Below, piece after piece: positions 1 through 9,748 of a stretch of DNA of 64,000 nucleotides. The stretch comes from Mytilus californianus (lineage: Eukaryota). A program made the position numbers and the translations under genes. The notes under the pieces are model-generated. The model was not told the origin of the DNA, ran no database searches, and saw only the letters and a list, made by a program, of their open reading frames with translations. The DNA lies in the NCBI RefSeq assembly GCF_021869535.1, contig NW_026262734.1:52638001-52702000 (forward strand), written 5' to 3'. The first letter of the stretch is position 1. Every line of letters begins with the position of its first letter.

Positions 1-57
1 GTTTTATAGTAATTTGAAGTTATTAATATTTTCATAATAACATTTACGGTACCAATT

Positions 58-617
58 TTACTGCACCAGTAAACTAACTTATTTTGAGATTTTTGTTTGT
101 TTCACAATTCAACTTTTAGTCAGTTTCAATCACTGTGTGATAAATTCTTTCAATCTGATAAATGTGCTTCGGGGCAGTTGTAACTCATTTATAGAAACTC
201 TTTGTTTTGAACTGTAAATAGACCCAAATAATAGAATAATCCCTTACTAAGAACATGATTTACATTCATTCTTCACAATTAAGAGGCATCCAATCCTACA
301 ATTTCATTGGTCGAGAGTACTTTGCTATATTCTAAATCATATTAGAATATAGCAAAGTGCTCTCGACCCATTATGAAATTGTAGGATTTGGTGTTTCTTA
401 ATTGTGAAGAATGAATGAAATCATGTTCTTAGTAAGGGATTATCCTATTGTTTAGGCCTACTTACAGTTCAAATCAAAGAGTTTCTATAAATGAGTTAGA
501 AATGCCCCGAAGCACATTTATCAGCTTGAAAGAATTTGTGATTAAAACTGACTAAAAGTTGAATTTTGAAACAAAAACAAAAAAATCAAAATTAGATGAA
601 GTTTACTGGTGCAGTAA
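58..617. repeat. Large imperfect palindrome, arms of about 280 bp around a 6-nt spacer
   Basis: 58-335 (TTACTGCACCAGTAAACT...TTTGCTATATTCTAA) is the reverse complement of 342-617 (TTAGAATATAGCAAAG...AGTTTACTGGTGCAGTAA), with spacer ATCATA at 336-341. The arms differ by scattered substitutions and indels. Confidence 0.95.
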
Positions 618-639
618 CATTTAAATCCCGGAGGTCATG

Positions 640-870
640 TTTTGACATATGTGTATTAGTTCGAGATACATAATGAATTTTGAATGCCTTTGTTTACCTT
701 AGGACCGTAAATTTAGTTCGACTCAACCGAAATTTCGACTCATCCAATTTCGACTCATCAGAAGTCTAAATACATATATTTATATGGAACAAAGTTCGGG
801 ACCACGAGAAAACTTCGACTCATCCGAAATTTCGAGTCAACCGAGTTCGAGACAACGAGAGTTAACTGTA
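640..870. mobile_element. One-ended Tc1/mariner (pogo/Tigger-like) MITE fragment inside copy A
   Basis: Ends ...CGAGTTCGAGACAACGAGAGTTAACTG|TA with repeated TTCGACTCA subterminal motifs. It is absent from the 38-kb copy of the host element. The superfamily call rests on the CAG terminus and TA flank. Confidence 0.6.
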
Positions 871-1310
871 TTTTAAAGGCATTGTATTTGATCATTTCCC
901 TGACATAATGATGTAGTATTTGATGTAAAGGACTGGACTAAAATATTGGCTGTAAAATAAAATTTATTTGTAACTCAAATTTTGAATTTATTGATTTGAA
1001 ATGGAAATAAACAAAAAGATAATTCCTCTATAAAATATTACATGATTTACATTCATACTCACAATCAAGAAACATTTCTTACCATTTCATTGTACTGTTG
1101 TGTCATCTAATGTATAAAACATAATTTATTATATTTTCCAAAATTATAAGAAGGTCCTTACATCACTAAAACTAATCCATAAATGAAATCATGCCTAAAA
1201 AGGAAGTCATGCATTAATTACAAACATTGCACTGATAATGAAGCTAATTCTTAAATGCAACCAATCAAGAGATCATTTAAGCTTTGAGCACTTTACAATA
1301 TTCTAAGTTT

Positions 1311-1397
1311 GTAAGAGAATGATAATCCCTTACTTCATGATAATTACTCGCTAACGCTCGTACTTAATCATGAAGAAAGGGATTATCATTCTCTTAC
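1311..1397. repeat. Terminal hairpin, stem of about 37 bp with a CGCTAACGCT-containing loop
   Basis: GTAAGAGAATGATAATCCCTT...TCGCTAACGCTC...AAGGGATTATCATTCTCTTAC. A near-identical copy lies at 39300-39386. Confidence 0.9.
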
Positions 1398-3129
1398 ATA
1401 TACATATAGCGGCATGTGGTCAATTTTATTCGTTGAACTTAGTTCTAAAGCATGAAACATGACGCGGACGTCACGATTTTGTTCGAGTATCCAGTCAAAA
1501 AAGATGCAAGAAATTAATAAAAAAATTTTACAAAAGATAGATTAAAAGATCAACATTATTTTGTTTGCAAAGTTCCATTCTAGTGATGTGACAAATACGT
1601 AAAATTTAATTTAAGATAATTCATTTTTTTCTGTGAATAGATGTACCAGGAGGAGACGATTCAACCAGCACTGACGATAACGTAAAACATTGGATAATGT
1701 GCAAAGAAAATCTTCAACGCCAATATCTCCAGTCCAAACGAAATTATTGTCACCAATGGACAGTTCTGAAGGTATATTTTAATCCTCCTTCTAGCACACA
1801 ATTAATCTGCTACGTAGTAAAGCAAGCACTTAATAGTCATGTGAATTTGGCAAACAAAAATTAATAGTAAACAAAATATGTATGCAAGGAACATAAAATC
1901 AATTGTACTTAAATAGATTTGCTTTTACAATCATGCTGGAAGAGACCACGAACCAGTTAAAAAATGTTAATGAAAATTCTGTACTATTTGAATAAAAACC
2001 ATAATTACGATGCGAAAATTTTATATATTTTTTTATTTTTGCAACAGATGCATCGACAGTTGAAGATATTCTAGAACGTAGCGTTAGTTCTTGCACTGAA
2101 GCGCATATAAATACAGAAGACGCTTCCGATAGCACACCAGTTACAGTAGAGCGGTCAATTTTGGACGATTATTTAATAGGTATGATATACCTTTAAGTTA
2201 ATTATCTTCATTCTCTTAAAAGGAGCTACTCATGGTATGAGAAGTATAGGAACTTTTTCGTTGTTGAAGGCCGTACGATGACCTACAGTTGTTAATTTCT
2301 GTGTCATTTGGCCTCTTGTGGAGAGTTGTCTCATTGGCAATCATACCATATCTTCTTTTCTATATGTGTCTGTTATTTTTCAGTGTTCATTGATTGAGAT
2401 AATGTGCCGTGGGAACATTCGCGCAAAATGACTTCGCCAAATATCAATGTTTTATCTCTGGTCGCTGTTTTTGTTTAATGACCATTTAAGAAAAAAAAAG
2501 GTGAATGTGTTGAATGTGTTGAATGTTAGATGTCCAGTGGAAACTATTATAAGCTATGTGTCTATCCAACAAGCTGAGCCAAGGCTTTATTCGTTATGTG
2601 ATAGTCCAGAAAAAGAGTCATCATACAAGGACACATTATTCTGACTTCGAGACTATTAGTTTCTCAGCGGAGAAGCCGCAGATATCAATTTTCAAGTCGA
2701 CGATGACGATGATGGTGATGTCCAGTGGCAAATATGACAGGCATATAAGGATGATTGAGTGTCAATGTTTAATTTATACACTGTTGTACTAGAAAGGCAC
2801 GATGGATCGTGTTTTAACCCAATACTTCACATTTCTTTTCTTTTACTACGAAATGTTGCATGTTTGGCGAAGAAGATGCTACGAAAAATGTTCAAGTCTT
2901 AGTTTTGAACAAACTTGGGGATCAAACACACGACTGCAAGGATCACTTCCACAAGCAAGACCACCTAGGAGGTATTTATACGGGTACTGGAACTATACCC
3001 ATATCAAAGTTCAGAAATATTACTTTTAATCAAATGTTCAAACACTCTCATTAAATGAACAACATATATTTTATATATTTTGAATTGTTAATTTTCCATT
3101 CTAAAATGATAGCATTTGTTTTCTTTTAG

Positions 3130-3905
3130 GAGAAGCATTAAAAGTACATATTCAGAATTTAGTTATACATTTGTGTACCTACCGAGGATCGCTGTTTTCG
3201 AAATCTGGACACGAAACATGCTCAGTGTCTAAAACAGTTTTATGAAAATCAACAAATGTGTCATACAATTCTCATTGGAAACATTGTCAGCGAGGTTACT
3301 ACTGATAAAGATAAATTGTCAAAGTTTCTTCAAGAACCTGGCAAAGTAGCAGTTGAAACTTTAGGTGGTAATCATACAAGGCATGCGCTACAATGTTTAT
3401 TCGCAAGCCAAACAAAACCTATTAGCATGGTAACCTGTCGGTTATACAACCAATTACCAGACGAGTTGGCGCTACAATTAGGATATGAACACGATGCATC
3501 TAATACATTAGGAAATCCGACAAGTTTTGTTGATTTAGTAAAAGTGTTTCGAAAAGAAGCAGCAAAAATAGTAGGAGACACAGATATTAACTGCATGCAA
3601 AGTAGTGAAGTAAAGCAATGGAATTTCAAAGATATAATATGTACCATTCTAGGGATGTACAGAAAGGCGGAAGAATTTCATAACAAATACAAGGTTGTTT
3701 TGAAAATTGCAAAATCAAAGGATTCAGTATGGGGAAAATTCTTAGATTTCTGTTCCGCTTTCGAAATGAATGAAATAAGAAATACTCCAAGAGGTTCCTT
3801 AAAGGTTACACAGTTGAGAGATTTTTCAATGCTTTCTAGTGATAACCAAATACATATTTTGGAAAAGACAAAAGACTGGAGAGTATTTAAGAGAGAAGTA
3901 GAAAG
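3130..3905 (+). pseudogene. Exon encoding a ParB/Sulfiredoxin-like domain plus a helical (HTH-like) region
   Basis: The open frame extends upstream of the ORF-track Met: VPTEDRCFRNLDTKHAQCLKQFYENQQMCHTILIG...VETLGGNHTRHALQ...VTCRLYNQLPDELALQLGYEHD...PTSFVDLVKVFR. This parallels ParB PR..fd...l.eL..SI / PilV / yeii.GxHR.rA / deea..lal.EN / l.p.e.a. Donor AG|GTAAAT at 3905/3906. Confidence 0.7.
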
Positions 3906-4064
3906 GTAAATAAATACATATCATGTCGTGTGCACTGTTAAAAGTTTTCACTGCCTTACATGGTTTTCTCAAATGTTGATTTTATATTTGTAAATGAACG
4001 ATACTTCCTTATCATTAATTGTTCATTTGTTGGTTTGTAAAATATGCTTCATAAAAAAGGCATT

Positions 4065-4455
4065 CAACTGATTTTTATAGTTCGTTCTTATGTTGTACTG
4101 TTACACCACTGTCCCAGGTTAGGGGGAGGGTTGGGATCCCGCTAACATTTTTAACCCCGCCACAGTCTGTATGTATGTGCCTGTCCCAAGTCAAGAGCCT
4201 GTAATTCAGTGGTTATCGTTTCTTTATGTGTTACATATTTGTTTTTCGTTCATTTTTTTTTTACATAAATTAGGCCGCTAGTTTTCTCGTTTGAATTGTT
4301 TTACATTGTCATTTCGGGGCCTTTTATAGCTGACTGTGCGGTATGGGCTTTGCTCATTGTTGAAGGCCGTACGGTGACCTATAGTTGTTAATTTCTGTGT
4401 CATTTGGTCTCTTGTGGAGAGTTGTCTCATTGGCAATCATACCACATCTTCGTTT
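4065..4455 (+). repeat. High-copy interspersed repeat (TTGTCATTTCGGGGCCTTTTATAGCTGAC...TTGTCTCATTGGCAATCATACCACATCTT family)
   Basis: Further copies or fragments on + at about 2245-2365, 6405-6560, 9175-9225, 12880-12970, 15340-15515, 30840-31180 and 33205-33515; on - at about 21490-21700, 43020-43160 and 44100-44200. Confidence 0.9.
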
Positions 4456-5785
4456 TATATATTCAGCATACATTTACGTTCGTGAAGATCGGGAATATTA
4501 TAAAAAAAGACCCGTGACTTTTTTAATTTCATTCACAGTTAAAGGAAAAATTGGAGCATTTCATCGGCCTTGAGGAAACTCATTTGTAATGTTATGATAT
4601 TAAAAATTAGTAATGAAAAAAGGAATGTACACACCAATTTTCAAAGATTTATCACCTATAAAATCGTTCACGAAAATAAAACATACAAAAAAACCCAATA
4701 AACGCTTAGACAAGAATAAAGGAAATGTGCAGCCAATGTCAATGAGACAGCAACCAAACGACACAAATAAACAAAATTTATCTAGAGACACCAAATAGCC
4801 TTAAAAATATAGACGGTCTCCATGTAATTTGTCAAGCTCTTAATTGTCCATTCTATACATGTTGTGAACATGGTGAATAAGTTAAACAGAAACTACCAAA
4901 TATCTTTCATGTACACCGTTTTATCGAAATCACTAAAAAAATGCCGGTTTATTTGTGAAATGTCAATCGCAAAGTCATCTCGTCAACCTTTTTCGATAGG
5001 TCGGGTATTTGGTGGTTGATGTAGACTGCAGCCTTGTAATTTTGTAAACTTGTGTTGTTTTAATGTATTATTGAGATACAAGTGCAATTTCAAAGATCTC
5101 ATCGATATTTATGGTAATTAGCCCGCCTTTCATTTAAAAAAAAACCCGGTATATTGAAATAAAACAGAAAATAGCTCGCACTGTACTTATATCAGTAATG
5201 AGTTACCGACTTAGATAATATCACTGGATTTATTTTGTAGTGTAAGTTCAGGTCGGAAGAAAACAATTGGGAAAACGAAAGCAGATCCGTCAGATGTTGA
5301 CAGAAAGATCAATGATAAGTATGTTGGCACTTTAAACGAACATACAGAATAAGTTGCATGTATCCATTGATGACAATTTTTTTTCTCAATTTCATCATTT
5401 CACGGGAATTCCAAATGTCATTGATGTATATGAGTGCGTACTTTATTGTTTGAACTTCATTTTGGTGCATTTCCGAACGTGCATCTAAATTATAAATCCC
5501 TACTGATGACACACTACTGCCATTTTGATTTATTTTCGTTTACGATATTATTTTAAAACTGCTTTTTGTTAATTATTGTTAAGAGATAATTTAAAAATTT
5601 TATGGTTGTAATTTATTGATGAAATTTTAAACATTACATACCAGTCTCTTAAATTTCTATTGCCAGCAGGTTTAACTTTAATCAGGGAATCAGTCACACC
5701 TCTTTCATAACAAGCATTTAAAATGTGTCTTTGCTAATTCTATATAACCTATTAAATAATTGAGCATTTCATTATATTTATCTAG

Positions 5786-6083
5786 TGAGTCTAAAATTAA
5801 ACAACTGATGACTGCAGATAATGAAAAATTGGCAACTACTTTATCCACATTAAAATCAAAGTTGACAGAAGAACAAAAGAAAAAAAAGGACTTTGAGACA
5901 TTGTTGAATCAAGAAAGGAAAAAATGCAGTGCACTTGAAATTAAATTACAGCAACTGAGGAGATCAGAGAATGAACTCAAAGTTGTCTTGGATAAGCAGA
6001 TTGATAAAAATGAAAAATCTAGTAATCTGCTACAAGTTGAAAAAACAAAATATCAAACACTGGAAGAATTGTACAATAAATTG
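5786..6083 (+). pseudogene. Coiled-coil exon of the ParB-like gene
   Basis: TCTAG| acceptor and TTG|GTAAGT donor. Heptad-rich, K/E/L/Q-rich translation ESKIKQLMTADNEKLATTLSTLKSKLTEEQKKKK...LEELYNKL with no stop. Confidence 0.75.
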
Positions 6084-7658
6084 GTAAGTTGAATACTTAG
6101 TTTTTATAGGGCTGTAATAGCCCTCAGACAAAACGCTTGTTATTTTGTTGATAATATGTGGAATAATATTCTGCATCAGACTTCTGATAGTTATCAGATC
6201 ACAATAATGATGCATGAAGAGTTGTATTTTATATGAAGTCAATTGACCATTCAGTCTGTTGATCTTTATATTGCATTACATAATTAGTCAAACATCTTTA
6301 TCAGCTTAGAATAAATACGAGAGACAACAAAGAAAAATAGACTCTATTGTAAGTTTTATTACCTACGTATATTAACCTTAAAATGCAAAATGTCCTTTAT
6401 TTTTTTGTTAATTGTTTTACATTTGTCATTTCGGGGCTTTGTATAGCTGACTATGCGGTATGGGCTTTGCTCATTGTTGAAGGGCGCACGGTGACCTATA
6501 GCTGTTTATTTCTTTGTCATTTGGTCTCATTGGCAATCATATTACTAATTCTTTTTATATTTAGACAGTGTTATTTTTCATTTGTTGAACCCTTGATATT
6601 AACTTTGTTGATCTGATTGTACGTAATTGACTTAAAATCTGGAGTTGTGTACGGAATTCTTCTTTCAGTGTAAGTGACAAAATAATTTTGACCCCTGTGT
6701 TCATATTTTTTCACTTTCTTATTTGGTCAGATTCTTTTAATCATATGCATTTGCTTTACAAATGAATGTCAGTTTTTCATTCGATAATTTAACAGTTTTT
6801 CCTATTTATTATATTTTATTATAAATTTTAGTTCTAACTTGTGTATCGTTACGTTTGTTGACTATTATATATATTATTCTATGTCAAGTGTACGTAAAAT
6901 TTTTCAATATAGATTTTTATATTAAGTTTGTTTGCTGTTAATGACTACATATTACTGTTACTGTGTCGTGCCATTGTCATTAGAAAACTTTTAATAATAT
7001 CACTTTGTACACAGAATATTTTTTTATATATTTACAGGTATCTGGTGGATTATTGACTCCAAAACAAAAACTAACAACTGACTGTAGTGACAACTTGAAC
7101 AAGAAGAAAAGGAGGATGAGTTCAAAGGTAAATAAAAAAACAAAAAAAGTGTACAAATAACTATAACAATATCTCCGATTACAGAATAATCTGGACAGTA
7201 CTGGCGTGAATAGACAGTGGGCAAATTTGAACATTCTTGACATTTCTGCCTCTCAAAGATTTTTTCTATCCAGAGCAATTTTGAAAAAAAATTCTCAAAA
7301 CTTGTGCTTTACTTCAAACTTTTTTTTAGCCATGTGAGCCATATTAGTTGGCAGGCGGGATCATAAGACACATTTTTAAAACATAATATTCCAATAATGC
7401 GTATTGTCAAATTTAGATAAATCTGGCAAAGTAATTTCAGAGAAGATTTGCCAAAAAGTTACAGATTACGACAATAGTACACTTTTTTAACCTACTTTTA
7501 TCGAGGAGTTTTACGGCTGGACAAGTGAGACCAGTCGGCCATGTCTTTAAACCCTGTCAATCTTTTGGGCCTAGACACGAAGAAATACACTGTGTGGTAT
7601 AAACGCTTTCATATGTTTTGTGCAGTTGTAAGATGCTTATTTTTCATTTATGTTATAG

Positions 7659-8879
7659 GAGTTTGAAGTTGGTACAAAATGTACGTCTGTTGAAGCATTT
7701 TAGTATCCAGACAAGTGTTGGTATACTGCAAAAATACTAATGAAGACAGGAAAAGGTAAGTATTGTTTTAATAAAACAAAATTTAGATGACAAATGTTAT
7801 CAGATTTGATATCAGACGGTACAAAGATAATTCTGTCGTATAAAGAAATAAAAGCGGAAATGTTCTGTACTCAATCAACACATGAAAGTTGAAAAAAAAT
7901 CATTTTAGTAAAAGTTTTCAAATCATGGTAGCAATCCTGATTAAGCAATTCAACAAAACAAGTTATGACGTTTATTTTTACAGAAGAATACTTGTACGAA
8001 ACTATCGTTTTGGTATATATTTATTTTAAACTTTTTTAGTTATGAACTGTTTTAAATCCATTTTCCAACCGAACGCCCAATGTTAAATTTACTGTAATAC
8101 AGAACTTTTCAAAAGTACTACTTTTAAGTGTTACATCGTCCTGAACATGCTTGTACTATTTCCAGCTGGACGTAATTTTATAGATCTTTTTTAAGCTAGT
8201 CACATTTTTTTACGTTTTAAAATGTCCTATTTTAAATGAGCTCATTGCGAATGAGTTTTCAAAAACAGCTTTATAATGGTCGAAAAGATAATATTCCACA
8301 GACTCAATATGATGAAAATCATATTTTTTTTATAAAAGAAACAGTGGTAGCACCAGTAAACCGGTTAATCAGTTGATCAGATAGGGTCAAACATTCATTC
8401 AAACATTAAGTCACATTAAGTCAGGGTCAAAGTTAATAAGGTCGGGTCAAGCATATTTGACGTCACAAATCTACATTGTACTATATTTAATTTTACAAGG
8501 ACCAGAGCAGAAGATACTGGCAGTCATGTATTCTAAAACCAGGATTTAGGACACTAAATCTATCGGAAAAAATACCGATAAAACATAACATGCTATATAA
8601 TCACAAATACTCCTGTATTTATCAGTAAATTATATGACAGGGGGTACTACTTTGAACGGACAAAAATACATCTTATTGATCGAAGTCAGTTACTCTTTAC
8701 TAGTATCATTATAATTTCAACATTCAAGGTAAAACAGTCCATAATTTATTATTCATTAAGACTCATATCTTTTAAGAATAAATTGATTATTTACAGGCTA
8801 TGAAGTAAATTATGATCTTGATGGATTTGTCAAAGATCTCCCTTTAAAATATGTAAGAGCAGAAAAGAATTTTACATAA
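7659..8879 (+). pseudogene. Two exons (7659-7755, 8797-8879) encoding a C-terminal Tudor/Agenet-like domain with a premature stop
   Basis: Spliced translation EFEVGTKCTSVEAF*YPDKCWYTAKILMKTGK|GYEVNYDLDGFVKDLPLKYVRAEKNFT* fits the Tudor pattern F.vG..veA.W..D..WY.A.I.....Y.V.Y..DG....l....vR. The TAG sits where a cage Trp (TGG) is expected. Confidence 0.7.
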
Positions 8880-9341
8880 TAGACATATTTGGTTTAAACT
8901 TTAAAGTATGCTGAAACAAAACTGAAAGATATTGGAGAATGACCATCGTTGGAGGAATACTATGACGCATCTGCTATCCAAAGAGGAGAAATATTTGACG
9001 AACATGTTTTTTTTTAATTATCATTGTTGTCCGTATACCATGTAAACAAATATTATAAATGTTGTAGATAATGCGTAGTTGTTAATTATTGTCATAGAAA
9101 GTATCATATAGCTTTACTCTGCGTATAAGGAATTTACAGCAGTCATTGGGACAAAGATGCGGATTTCGTTATCATGTGGTCTCTTGTGGAGAGTTTTCTA
9201 ATTCGCAATCATACCACATCTTTTTATTGAATATTTGACAATATTAACAACATGTTACCGGTTGATTATATGTATATATACATGTATGTACCTTTCTAAT
9301 CTATGAACACGAGTGATTAGAGTAATGTTTTCGCTTTGTTC

Positions 9342-9748
9342 TTGGTCTAAGAACCAAATAGAGCTTTACGCATTACATTTCACATTCAATTTTGTTCTTG
9401 GTCTAAGAACCAGAAAAAAAAAGATTGATAACATCTTATTTGATATCATTCGTTTAGTTGGTCTATAGACCAAAATCTGTTGGACAACAGTACCTATCAT
9501 CTGCATGATTTTTACGTTTAAACTAATTAAATATCAACAACTTAGCACTGACGCCTAATGTCCAAAGTGTTTCTGTTTTTGGTCTAAAGACCAGACTTCT
9601 TCGAGCATGAACAGTTTTAAGCAAGTAAATACAAATAACAGTTTGATGTATTGTTTTCAAATGATGGGTTCATGCATGGATTAAGCCATGCCAGTTTTAT
9701 CCATGTGAGAACTAACAGGATATTTTTATATTCTGGTCCAATAGCCAA
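9342..9748. repeat. Array of 16-bp palindromes (TTGGTCTATAGACCAA type) separated by non-repeating spacers
   Basis: Units start at 9342, 9398, 9458 (perfect), 9579 and 9733 (degenerate). Start-to-start spacing is 56, 60, 121 and 154. Confidence 0.8.

Larger units (their letters stand above)
342..1400 (+). mobile_element. About 1-kb non-coding interspersed element, copy A, ending in a long hairpin
   Basis: Colinear with 38358-39390: 342-617 matches 38358-38637 and about 880-1400 matches about 38880-39390. Both copies end in the same stem-loop. Confidence 0.85.
1641..8879 (+). pseudogene. Decayed multi-exon gene: acidic/ST-rich region + ParB/Srx-like domain + coiled coil + Tudor-like domain
   Basis: AG/GT-bounded exons: 1641-1771, 2048-2179, 2384-2971, 3130-3905, 5241-5318, 5786-6083, 7038-7127, 7659-7755 and 8797-8879 (stop TAA 8877-8879). 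Intron phases after 3905 chain consistently (2,2,0,0,1). Lesions: the 131-nt first exon needs a 1-nt indel, exon 2384-2971 has several stops and shifts, there is a frameshift near 3165-3175, and an in-frame TAG at 7701-7703. Confidence 0.75.

Noticed and set aside
1899-2135. Minus-strand 78-aa ORF
   Set aside because: Antisense shadow of the plus-strand exon 2048-2179.
4385-4798. ORFs 4385-4573 and 4613-4798 as extra exons of the ParB-like gene
   Set aside because: The first starts inside a high-copy repeat and its candidate acceptor has the wrong phase. The second has no convincing splice sites.
5250-5520. THAP zinc-finger or minus-strand ORF 5309-5512
   Set aside because: No C2CH signature could be assembled. 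The plus-strand exon 5241-5318 explains the coding-like composition.
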